Shown piece by piece: positions 17,866-26,474 of a DNA stretch of 64,000 nucleotides (its first letter is position 1; the number at the start of each line of letters is the position of its first letter). Source of the DNA: an uncultured Pseudomonadales bacterium (GTDB taxonomy: Bacteria > Patescibacteriota > Microgenomatia > UBA1400 > UBA1396); assembly GCA_964603945.1 (NCBI GenBank), contig CAZRWP010000004.1, positions 12,979-76,978 of the forward strand. Reading direction: 5' to 3'. The notes under the pieces are model-generated. The model worked only from the letters and a program-made list of their open reading frames with translations, was not told the origin of the DNA and did no database searches. The translations under genes were made by a program, and so were the position numbers.

Positions 17866-20800
17866 CTACTCATTCTCAATCAGGGCAATTTCTTCAGTAT
17901 TCAGCTTGTATAGGTCATAAATTGTCATGTCTATTTGTTTTTCCAGCTTATTCAGTTCGGTTTCAATTGAAAGCAATGCTCTTCTAATTTTGTTAAACCA
18001 TTTGTTTAAGCTATCTTGTTCGGCAAGTTCGAGATTCACTCCTTGCTTTTCTAGCTCCGCGACTAACTCATTCCAACCTAATTTATAAAAATTGTCTAAA
18101 TTTGTAGTTTGATTTATTTTAAATCTTGTAACGATAATTTCTAACGCTCTAGTTTTCTCTGAAAGTAGTTTAGAGTTTACTTTATATACTTCTTTTACCA
18201 AGTCATCTAACTTAGATGACTCTTGATTTGTAATTTCTGCTATTGGAAATGGCTCTAAGTATTTTGTCTTGAAGTAGTAGTATCCGCTATTAAAAACATT
18301 GCTGGTCATTTTTATGAAAAACCACATTAATTGAGAGTTTAGTATTGCCAATAGTGTACGTGCGCTATAGCCAAGGCTATCTGGCACAGGAATAACATAG
18401 CCACCCGCATCAGTAATTGTTTTACTGTCATCAAGGGTGAAGTTAGGATAATTTTGTAATTGTGGAGTAATAATTTTGTCGTTTGTAAAGAGATTAAAAT
18501 CTCTTGCTCTATGCAGGGAATACCAGTGCTCTGGATTTGTCTTATATGATATCTTCCTTGCAATTAATTCATCCTTAAACTGGCTTAAGTATTCGTATGC
18601 CAATGGATAATTGGTTTTGAATACATTCTCACTCATGGGAACAGTTTTGCCGTCTAAAATGATGTGGGGATAAATAAGAAACAGTCTTGATTGAATTTTT
18701 TGATATCGTCTAATATCCTTGCCTTTGGCAATGGGCTGCACAATGGCTGACTCGATTCGTATTTCTTTTTTGCTTGCTTCAGAATATCCAACAAAATAGT
18801 TATTAACTATTTCTCCTCTAAGAATAAAAATATCGTCTCCCGTAGTTACTATTCCTTGATATATTCCATTAACTATGTTTCCAAGCACGGATTTCTTTTC
18901 GAGAATTTTGTCAAGTAACTCTTGTTTTTTTGATCCCAGCAAATTCCAAGATTGGGAATTCAAATGATCATAGTTGATTTGATCTTCAACAAGATGATCT
19001 GAGTTCACAATTTGCTCTGGTTCCGTAATGTTAAATTTGAGAACATTATTTTTATTTTTTGTTATGAATACAACACATGTGTAGGTGGTTGCATCTCCAA
19101 ATACTTGATTTGTGCCGAAATCTACTATCCTGTATAGACACTTTTTTTCTGCCAAAAACTTTCTTATGCCACGCCCATAATCTGTATTTAAAAATTTATG
19201 GGGAAGAATGAAACCAGCTATACCATTTGAGTTCAAAAGTTGATAAGCCTTCTCCATGAAAAGTACGTATGCATCATACTTTCCTGTTGATGAAGCATAT
19301 TTTTCATTATAGAAATTTTCTTCTGCAATTGAGTTAACAAATCGTTGGATTTTTATATATGGTGGGTTTCCAATAATTACGTCAAATCCGCCATTGCTCA
19401 TAATGGTTTTAAACTCATTATTCCAGCCAAAGGCCCGACCTCCTGCTACTTGTGGGTCATCAATCAGTGAGTTTCCGCACTTAATATTCTGATCAAGGTT
19501 TTGAAGCGGTTCAGTTGACTTAGCGGTTTTAAGCCAGAGAGCAAGTTTCGTAATCTCAACACTTTCTGGACTTAGATCAACGCCAAAAAGATTATTTAAT
19601 AGAATGCTTTTATCGTTTTCCACCCATTTTAAATCAAAGAGACCAGTAACTTTTCCTTGTTTCTGAAGTTCAAGTTGCTTTTCTTCATCTCGAATTTTGT
19701 ATTGATTGATCAGAAAAGAATGTGCCTGATTAAGAAATGCTCCACTGCCGCAGGCGGGATCAAGAATCTTTATCGTTTCTAGTTTATCTGGATTTTCTTC
19801 CAGATACTTGCCAACCGTGTTTTCAACAATAAATTTTGTGATATATTCTGGCGTGTAAAAAATGCCTTGCTTTTTTCGAAGTGATTTTTTCTTATCAACA
19901 GATTCGCCTTCGACAGAAGCTTTAATTTCTTCGAGATCACTAATACTTTGTTCAAAAATATGGCCGAGTACATTAACGTTAAGATCGCTTTCAAAGTCAT
20001 AACTCGTAAGTTTGATAATCTCTTTCCAGATCTCATCTTTGATAATCAGATTATCAAGAGCCTCGTCTGACTTGAACAAGCCGCCATTGTAAGCGTTGAT
20101 TGGAGGCATGACTCGCTTATTGCCTTTATCAATGGCTTGGAATAAGCCTTTAAATTCTGCCCAGACACGCTGATCACTGTCCGAAAGAGTAAATGATTGA
20201 AAGGTACGTTCGTAGGTGTTTTTGACGAGATGAGCTGGCAAAAGCGTACTGGAGTCTTCACAGACCATAGTAAAAATCAATCGGTCGAGGAGTTTCTGAG
20301 TTTTCTCAACCAGAACGAGCTTGTCTACATCAGGATTATGCTCAAAAAGATGATTTAGGACTTTGAGACGAATCTCTTTATACTGCTCATAAAATCTTTT
20401 CGTGATATTTTCTTCTTGAGCTGTAGTATCTGCTACCAGATGATCAATGACTGAGGTATGGCCTTCATCAATCAGATTGTGTCTATTGAGTATGTAATAA
20501 AAACGCTTAAATTCGTGTTCTCCAGTTAAATCAACAATGTCAAACTTCTCATAGAATCCCTGACCTCTAGACTTGCTATAAATTCTGATTTCTCTAAAGT
20601 TAGAAACAATTGCCCATTTGCAGCCGTCGAACTTATTCAGATACTGAAAAGCTTGTTCTACAGGAGTAAGTTTGCCAATTCTTCCAGATTGTTTTTTATC
20701 AAGTGAAGTTTTGGCGTCTTTTAGCTCAATGACAGCCCAGACTTTACTTGAATCTTTGGTAAAAAACCCGAGTGCGCCATCTGCCTCTTGCGAATCCACC

Positions 20801-21054
20801 TCTGTTTTTGGTTCTTGATTCAAATGCCATTGTTCTTTGCCTGACGTTTGAGTGTCATAACCTAGGACAGTTTCGAAAAATTTAGTTAAAAATTGACCTT
20901 GAACGCCTGTCTCTTTGGTCCTGTCAAGATTGCTATCTTTGAGAGCCTTCTGCCATCCAGCTAATATTCTCTGGATTTCCTCAAGCTCTAGACCAGTGGG
21001 GAAATCATACCTGGCCAGGTGCTGGGCAAGTATTTTTTTGTTGAATAGATTCAT
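17866..21054 (-). CDS. Type IIG restriction-modification enzyme (Eco57I-like fused endonuclease, N6-adenine methyltransferase and TRD)
   Basis: N-terminal ADG...IELK nuclease motif, YNGGLF, GIFYTP, ILDPACGSGAFL, IIGNPPY, C-terminal TaqI-like TRD (LAILNS). Confidence 0.9.
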   Translation of the reverse strand: MNLFNKKILAQHLARYDFPTGLELEEIQRILAGWQKALKDSNLDRTKETGVQGQFLTKFFETVLGYDTQTSGKEQWHLNQEPKTEVDSQEADGALGFFTKDSSKVWAVIELKDAKTSLDKKQSGRIGKLTPVEQAFQYLNKFDGCKWAIVSNFREIRIYSKSRGQGFYEKFDIVDLTGEHEFKRFYYILNRHNLIDEGHTSVIDHLVADTTAQEENITKRFYEQYKEIRLKVLNHLFEHNPDVDKLVLVEKTQKLLDRLIFTMVCEDSSTLLPAHLVKNTYERTFQSFTLSDSDQRVWAEFKGLFQAIDKGNKRVMPPINAYNGGLFKSDEALDNLIIKDEIWKEIIKLTSYDFESDLNVNVLGHIFEQSISDLEEIKASVEGESVDKKKSLRKKQGIFYTPEYITKFIVENTVGKYLEENPDKLETIKILDPACGSGAFLNQAHSFLINQYKIRDEEKQLELQKQGKVTGLFDLKWVENDKSILLNNLFGVDLSPESVEITKLALWLKTAKSTEPLQNLDQNIKCGNSLIDDPQVAGGRAFGWNNEFKTIMSNGGFDVIIGNPPYIKIQRFVNSIAEENFYNEKYASSTGKYDAYVLFMEKAYQLLNSNGIAGFILPHKFLNTDYGRGIRKFLAEKKCLYRIVDFGTNQVFGDATTYTCVVFITKNKNNVLKFNITEPEQIVNSDHLVEDQINYDHLNSQSWNLLGSKKQELLDKILEKKSVLGNIVNGIYQGIVTTGDDIFILRGEIVNNYFVGYSEASKKEIRIESAIVQPIAKGKDIRRYQKIQSRLFLIYPHIILDGKTVPMSENVFKTNYPLAYEYLSQFKDELIARKISYKTNPEHWYSLHRARDFNLFTNDKIITPQLQNYPNFTLDDSKTITDAGGYVIPVPDSLGYSARTLLAILNSQLMWFFIKMTSNVFNSGYYYFKTKYLEPFPIAEITNQESSKLDDLVKEVYKVNSKLLSEKTRALEIIVTRFKINQTTNLDNFYKLGWNELVAELEKQGVNLELAEQDSLNKWFNKIRRALLSIETELNKLEKQIDMTIYDLYKLNTEEIALIENE

Positions 21055-21304
21055 ATGGTTTGTGTTAATTGTATCTCGATTGACTTATCGAATAAACAGC
21101 AAATACAAAACATGCTCTGACAATCTAAGATGGCTCAAAAATGACAGATTAGTGTGAATAAATAATAGCTAAATTCTTGCAAGAAAGTGTCAAAAAGATG
21201 GATTTAAGTTTATCGTCGCGTGAATCATCATGTACACCGTGCTATGATTTCATTTGACCATTTTTGATTGTAATAGATTGAAAATGATGCTATATATGCT
21301 ACAT

Positions 21305-22243
21305 ATGGCAGGAAAATCACGTTCGCAAGCAAAACTGTCTGAAGTGAAAAAAACAAAGGACAGCACCGTTCTAGATTTGTCAGTTTGGGGAGACTTGATC
21401 AAATTATTTAAAGATAATAAGGATCAAGATATTGACCAACTTACAGAATATTTTTCAAAATACATACAAAAAGTAATTGCAGAATCTGGCTTAGATGATT
21501 ATCAAGTGAGATTTTTATTCGACACTGATTCAATCTCAGAATGGACACAAAACAGTTTATACAAATCATTTAAAAATATTGATTCCAAGAAATTACTTCT
21601 GATCATTGATAGCCGAGGAGGAGCTGTTGAGCCTGCTTACCTTATAAGTAAATCCGCAAAAAAGTTGTCAAAAAACTTTATTGTTGCGGTTCCAAGAAAG
21701 GCAAAATCTGCCGCCACCTTAATTTGCCTTGGAGCTGATGAGATTCACATGGGATTGATTAGTCATCTTGGGCCAATAGATCCTCAGGTTGATGATCTAC
21801 CAGTACTTGCTGCTTCAAGTGCTATTGAAGGTATAGCAGCTATATGCGAAAGACATCCAAAATCATCCGAAATGTTTGCTAGATATTTATCTGCAAATGT
21901 TGAGCCGGCAATGTTTGGTCATTTTGAAAGAATTGCTGAGTCTGCAGTTCAATATGCCCAGAGACTTTTGAGCGACAAGAAATTACCACAAGTTGATGAC
22001 CAGCCAGTATGGAAAAAACTGGTATATGAATATAAAGACCACGGCTTTGTTATTGATTATGACGAGGTCAAAAAACTCTTAGGCGAAGATATGGTAAAAA
22101 TTGACACTCCCGAACTAAAACTTGCAGAGAAAATCTATGAATTCTGGAGTAATGCCAGTATGTTGATGGAAATACTTAGAAAACAAAGAATCTTCATGGT
22201 CGGAGAGTGTGACAAAATTGGTCACAGCGAACTAAAAAAATAA
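21305..22243 (+). CDS. ClpP-class serine protease (SDH_sah family)
   Basis: IDSRGG, AKSAATLICLGADEIHMG, LGPIDPQ, YKDHG; start uncertain (21254-21305). Confidence 0.8.
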   Translation: MAGKSRSQAKLSEVKKTKDSTVLDLSVWGDLIKLFKDNKDQDIDQLTEYFSKYIQKVIAESGLDDYQVRFLFDTDSISEWTQNSLYKSFKNIDSKKLLLIIDSRGGAVEPAYLISKSAKKLSKNFIVAVPRKAKSAATLICLGADEIHMGLISHLGPIDPQVDDLPVLAASSAIEGIAAICERHPKSSEMFARYLSANVEPAMFGHFERIAESAVQYAQRLLSDKKLPQVDDQPVWKKLVYEYKDHGFVIDYDEVKKLLGEDMVKIDTPELKLAEKIYEFWSNASMLMEILRKQRIFMVGECDKIGHSELKK

Positions 22244-22247
22244 ATAC

Positions 22248-22964
22248 TTAATAAGCAATTGTTTCAAGTATTTCTTCTGTCGCAACCGCAATATCAGTTT
22301 TAATCTGATCAATATGATTTTTCTTAGCTATAAATTTTCGATTGTGAGCGCAAACATCACCAATCTTCTTAATTTGAGCAAAGCTATTCTTCAGATTTCT
22401 AGATGCGTGAAAATCAGTCTCGGCATTGTATCGGTCTATTAAATCTGAAAAAAATAAATATTGGCCTTTGGAATCTTCTATCTTGCCGGAAATCTTTTTT
22501 GATTCAAAAGCTTCAATTATCAATGTTTCGAGCAATCTCCTAAGCAATACCAGACATGCCGTGTAAAGGCCCGTGTCGTAGCAGATATTGATTTCTTCTG
22601 CAATTTTTATCAAGTAATTTCTAGTGTTCTCAAAACTAGAAAGTGTCAGCATATCATTAGTTGGCATTGGTTTTTTTACAACGCCTAGCAGCTTTTGGAT
22701 TTCAGCTTTTTTATTGGCTTGGAGGCTATATCCAGATTTTTTCTTAATGTAGTATTGATTTGGCTTTTTTGACTTTCTCAATAAAAGCATATTAATATTG
22801 GAATATGGCTCCAAATCGATTTGATGGAATAAATCTTTGAGCTTAGGTGCAGTAACTGTTTCTTTATTTATTTCGCACACAAAATATGCCAATAAAGAAG
22901 TTTGTTCAGAGGAATCAAGCTCATAAAAATTGGGGAAGTTTGAAATGAAGTCATTTACTGTCAT
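22248..22964 (-). CDS. wHTH-like N-domain plus DUF4145/HEPN-like C-domain protein
   Basis: EINICY...ACLVLLRRLLETLII and GDVCAH resemble DUF4145/HEPN; overlaps the upstream gene by 14 nt. Confidence 0.6.
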   Translation of the reverse strand: MTVNDFISNFPNFYELDSSEQTSLLAYFVCEINKETVTAPKLKDLFHQIDLEPYSNINMLLLRKSKKPNQYYIKKKSGYSLQANKKAEIQKLLGVVKKPMPTNDMLTLSSFENTRNYLIKIAEEINICYDTGLYTACLVLLRRLLETLIIEAFESKKISGKIEDSKGQYLFFSDLIDRYNAETDFHASRNLKNSFAQIKKIGDVCAHNRKFIAKKNHIDQIKTDIAVATEEILETIAY

Positions 22965-23508
22965 TTTTCACCTTGGGCGGCAGATCGTGGTTGATAAGGT
23001 TTTCTCCATGAACTGTAAGTGAAATATCATCTAACGATGATGTCTCTAGCCATCCTTTTCTCGAAGAGGTATCAATGACGCTCTGCCTTAACGCGCCGGG
23101 CACTCTTTGCCCTGTGCCTTTATAACAGGTATAGATATGGTTTAGGGTTACCGTGGTTATTCCGAGTGTATTCTTAAGGTAAGCAACAAACAATGTATTT
23201 TTTTCCATGTTTGAGCGGGGTTGTTTTTTATCAAAGTAATCTTTCAAGCTTTCTTTACTTCCACCCGAAAGATCAATGTCTTTTACTATTGAATATGAGT
23301 CGGAATTTTTTGATGTTTTTCTTGACTGTTTCTTTGAATGAGGTTCTGAAACAGCTGGTGTGGATTTAGTTGGTGTAACTGGAGTCTGTATTGGATGAAT
23401 ATCTTTCTTAAGGCTTTCTTTGAAGTCTTGATAGACTTGCTTGACAAATTCCTCTTCCCCAGAAACTTCAATGATGCCTTGAGTTAAATCAATCTTTACT
23501 GTTGTCAT
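22951..23508 (-). CDS. Hypothetical protein with probable C-terminal winged helix
   Basis: Small N-domain (IIEVSGEEEFV), P/S/K linker, C-domain ending RKGWL...ISLTVHGENLI. Confidence 0.6.
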   Translation of the reverse strand: MTTVKIDLTQGIIEVSGEEEFVKQVYQDFKESLKKDIHPIQTPVTPTKSTPAVSEPHSKKQSRKTSKNSDSYSIVKDIDLSGGSKESLKDYFDKKQPRSNMEKNTLFVAYLKNTLGITTVTLNHIYTCYKGTGQRVPGALRQSVIDTSSRKGWLETSSLDDISLTVHGENLINHDLPPKVKNDSK

Positions 23509-23633
23509 AAGTGCTTTCAGCTTTTAATATCTATTTAAAATAGAAGAATAGATTCGATCACAGCTATTGTCAAGATGACTTTTTTGTCCAAATACAAGAC
23601 AATGATCTTGGTATATAATTAAACCAACATATA

Positions 23634-23752
23634 TAGCCTGGAAGCTTACTTAACTCGTTTTTTCGAGGAAGTTTTTTGATCCGTGATAAACAGGGGCAGC
23701 CCTACGCGGATCTCAAGCTTCCAGGCTGAAAGATTACGGGCTGTCTCTTTTT
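23634..23752 (+). ncRNA. Candidate structured RNA (three-way junction, pseudoknot, U-tract)
   Basis: P1 23635-47/23715-27 (13 bp), P3 23678-85/23705-12, loop 23692-702 complementary to 23738-48; TATAAT at 23614-19; G-U pairs favour the + strand. Confidence 0.6.
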
Positions 23753-23786
23753 GGATACCGATGGCTCGTAGTTAGAAGGAGCCGGT

Positions 23787-24509
23787 ATGTCCGAACAGCC
23801 AGTTAAGATCTCTTCTTGGTTTAAACCATGGTGGAAAGGCCTATTAGTTATAGCTCTCTTTCCGTTCACACTTTCTTATTTCATCTGGAAACAAAACTGG
23901 AAAACTCCGATTAGACTTGGGGCAGTTGTAGTGCTTTGGATAATTTTTATTGCACTTGGATCAAGTGGGCCTTCTGAAACAAGTACCGCATCTGAAACAG
24001 ATAGTCAAAAACAAGCTGAAGTGGTCGCCACATCAACACCAGAGCCATCCGAAGTGCCTCAAAATGAACTTAATTTACAAGAAAGGCTGGATATCCTTGC
24101 AAAGAAAAAAATTGACAAAAAAGTGGCGCTCGCTTACGACGAGCAAACTGGGTTAGCGACGGCAGAACTTTCGACCGCCGACCATACTTTTCTAAATAAT
24201 ACTGACATGGCCAATCGGATTTGGAACTTCTTTATTCCGTTTGCCACAGAAGCATTTAAATATGAAGGAGTCAATCAAATAAAAGTCAGTATTACGACTG
24301 AATTCGTGGACGGATACGGCAAATCAATATTCGATGATGCTGTCTATGTTGACATGACAAAAGAAGATTTCTTGCTTTTTAACTGGGAGAATCTCCGATT
24401 CACTAATCCACAAGAAAATCAACAACTGCTCGAAAAATCAAACTATTACATCAATGGCGTGATTTACAAAGATATTAAGCCAGACAAATTGAAAATCAGT
24501 TTTTTGTAA
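23787..24509 (+). CDS. Membrane-anchored hypothetical protein (2 TM, S/T/P linker, extracytoplasmic domain)
   Basis: Two N-terminal hydrophobic segments; SD AAGGAG. Confidence 0.75.
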   Translation: MSEQPVKISSWFKPWWKGLLVIALFPFTLSYFIWKQNWKTPIRLGAVVVLWIIFIALGSSGPSETSTASETDSQKQAEVVATSTPEPSEVPQNELNLQERLDILAKKKIDKKVALAYDEQTGLATAELSTADHTFLNNTDMANRIWNFFIPFATEAFKYEGVNQIKVSITTEFVDGYGKSIFDDAVYVDMTKEDFLLFNWENLRFTNPQENQQLLEKSNYYINGVIYKDIKPDKLKISFL

Positions 24510-24512
24510 GCG

Positions 24513-24648
24513 ACTATAGCTATAGTACTAGTCTAAGTAATAGTAATAGATTTAAGTATAAGTTGTTAGTTAATTATTTTAGTTAAGTCATTAGTAATAG
24601 TTTAAGTAAAAGTATAGAGATATAGTTAAGTAATAGTTTAGTTATAGT
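24513..24648. repeat. Degenerate 5-7-nt AGT-ended periodic tract, strongly C-depleted on + strand
   Basis: tatagt actagt ctaagt aatagt...ttaagt aaaagt...aatagt ttagt tatagt; starts with palindrome ACTATAGCTATAGT. Confidence 0.65.
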
Positions 24649-25015
24649 TTTTTTGTTACTGGTTTTTCACTAACACTCTAGAGGGATTTTAGATGGTTGA
24701 GATCAGTGCGATGGTAGTAGTTATGGTCGTGGTGGATCGAGTGTCGTTTTGGATGGTTGGAGTGACTTGAGTAATTTAAAGTTCAATGACGCTTAACGGG
24801 TGAATTTCACTCTTGGAAAATCTATGTGATTTCATTCAGTCATCACTCAAATTCATTGAAAAAATTACATTGGGGGGAGTACGAAATTGATTGATGGAGA
24901 AATAGAGGCAGAAAAACATCGAACAAAATTAGTATACGCACTTTGTCACATGCACTTGTATTTGACTGGCGGCTTTCCTTATTCTGAAAAATAATTACAG
25001 GTATAATTTCTTAAT

Positions 25016-25747
25016 ATGGCGCAAAACAAAAAGGCAGTCAGTGCTGCTGAAATCCTGCTTGATCTAGCTGAAAAACAAGCCAAAAAAATGAGCAATCTTG
25101 TGGTAGATGAAGATGATGACAATGCTAAAGACTATCTTGTTGATGTAATTTTTTCACAAAATGATATCGAGCAGTATTCAATAAAAATTGAAGATTTTCT
25201 TAGTGCCTGTGACTATATATTTCAGAATAGTGGGTCATACAAACAAACTACCAAGGCACTTGGACTAATTAAAACATTTAAAAAACAAAATATTGCTGGA
25301 ATAGATACTACATACTACAGCGTTGAAGTTGACCCAGGTTCACTCAGAGATTTTTTAATTTCAGATAATGACATGGCTTTTATTGTTGAGTTCAGAAGAT
25401 TTAGAGATATCTTTATCAATGGAATTCAGATAAAAAATTTCAGAACCAGTAGTCAATCTCAAGAGGCATTTGAATACGTTTACGAACATCCTAATCAGTG
25501 GATTACATATGATGATTTAAGAGAAAATTCTGGCCTTGATGACACTGGTAATAATTTTTTGACGAGAACGATTAATGACCTAGTGGATGATTGGCAATTT
25601 AAGGGAATTTTGAGAGAAGCCTTTTTTAGAGCCGGTAAGAATAAGCTTATGTTTAGAAAACATATTACCAATGATGAACTATCAAAAGAATCATATTCTT
25701 ACACAGACATTTTTTCCTTTTTAATTTCACATTTTTCTCCAAAATAA
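25016..25747 (+). CDS. Hypothetical protein, possible C-terminal OmpR-like winged-helix DNA-binding domain
   Basis: AFEYVYEHPNQWITYDDLRE pattern; heads the recombinase-side gene run. Confidence 0.55.
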   Translation: MAQNKKAVSAAEILLDLAEKQAKKMSNLVVDEDDDNAKDYLVDVIFSQNDIEQYSIKIEDFLSACDYIFQNSGSYKQTTKALGLIKTFKKQNIAGIDTTYYSVEVDPGSLRDFLISDNDMAFIVEFRRFRDIFINGIQIKNFRTSSQSQEAFEYVYEHPNQWITYDDLRENSGLDDTGNNFLTRTINDLVDDWQFKGILREAFFRAGKNKLMFRKHITNDELSKESYSYTDIFSFLISHFSPK

Positions 25748-25847
25748 CACTTTCCAATGGAACTCAATCGGGCTGAGTATCCATAACCCTATTTTTCCTT
25801 TTTCTTGAGAGAAAATCTCCTTATTAATAAATAAAAAGGAGGTTTCT

Positions 25848-26246
25848 ATGGCAGGATTTACTGCTTCAGAACTACTCGCTCAGAAACAAGCTGAGCACAT
25901 AATAACCTTGGTGGAACCTCACCAAGTCTACTTAGTAAAAATCGTTGATTCGAGAATTCGAACAAACTACTACGGTGGTGAATCTCTTCGGCTCATTTTT
26001 GAATTTTTGGAAGGAAAAGAGACTGGAAAACATACTTCTCATATCCTGACTTTTAAAAATTCTAATGGCACATACGGAAAACAATTCATACAGCTAATTT
26101 CACAACTTTTTGAATTGTCTAATTCTGACGAAAGAATTGATACAGACGAGTTGGTAGGAAAAAAGTGTTTGATTTTGGTGGAAGACAATCCAAAAAATAA
26201 GCTTTGGCAAAAAGTGGCCTCAATCTCACTTTTTAAAGAAAACTAA
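25848..26246 (+). CDS. DUF669-like phage/ICE protein (putative ssDNA-binding OB fold)
   Basis: YLVKIVD...LRLIFEFLEGKETGK...DTDELVGKKCLILVE; strong SD AGGAGG. Confidence 0.6.
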   Translation: MAGFTASELLAQKQAEHIITLVEPHQVYLVKIVDSRIRTNYYGGESLRLIFEFLEGKETGKHTSHILTFKNSNGTYGKQFIQLISQLFELSNSDERIDTDELVGKKCLILVEDNPKNKLWQKVASISLFKEN

Positions 26247-26251
26247 ATTTC

Positions 26252-26443
26252 ATGACTTTGTCCTCAAAAGCCACTAGCGATTTTAGTGAGATCTACTTAA
26301 AGAAATTCGGAGTTAGTCTCTCGGCTGATGAAGCTGAGAGATTAGCTCTCGAGCTTTTGGGGTTCATGAAACTTATCTATAGGCCAATTTTAAAGAAAGA
26401 ATATCAGGTTCTACCAGCTCATTCGCCTATGTACGAGTTATAA
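26252..26443 (+). CDS. Small helical protein upstream of the recombinase (candidate directionality factor)
   Basis: 63 aa, LSSKATSDFSEIYLKKFGVSLSADEAERLALELL; directly precedes the recombinase. Confidence 0.6.
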   Translation: MTLSSKATSDFSEIYLKKFGVSLSADEAERLALELLGFMKLIYRPILKKEYQVLPAHSPMYEL

Positions 26444-26474
26444 GATCTGAATACTATATAAATAGGAGTAAATT

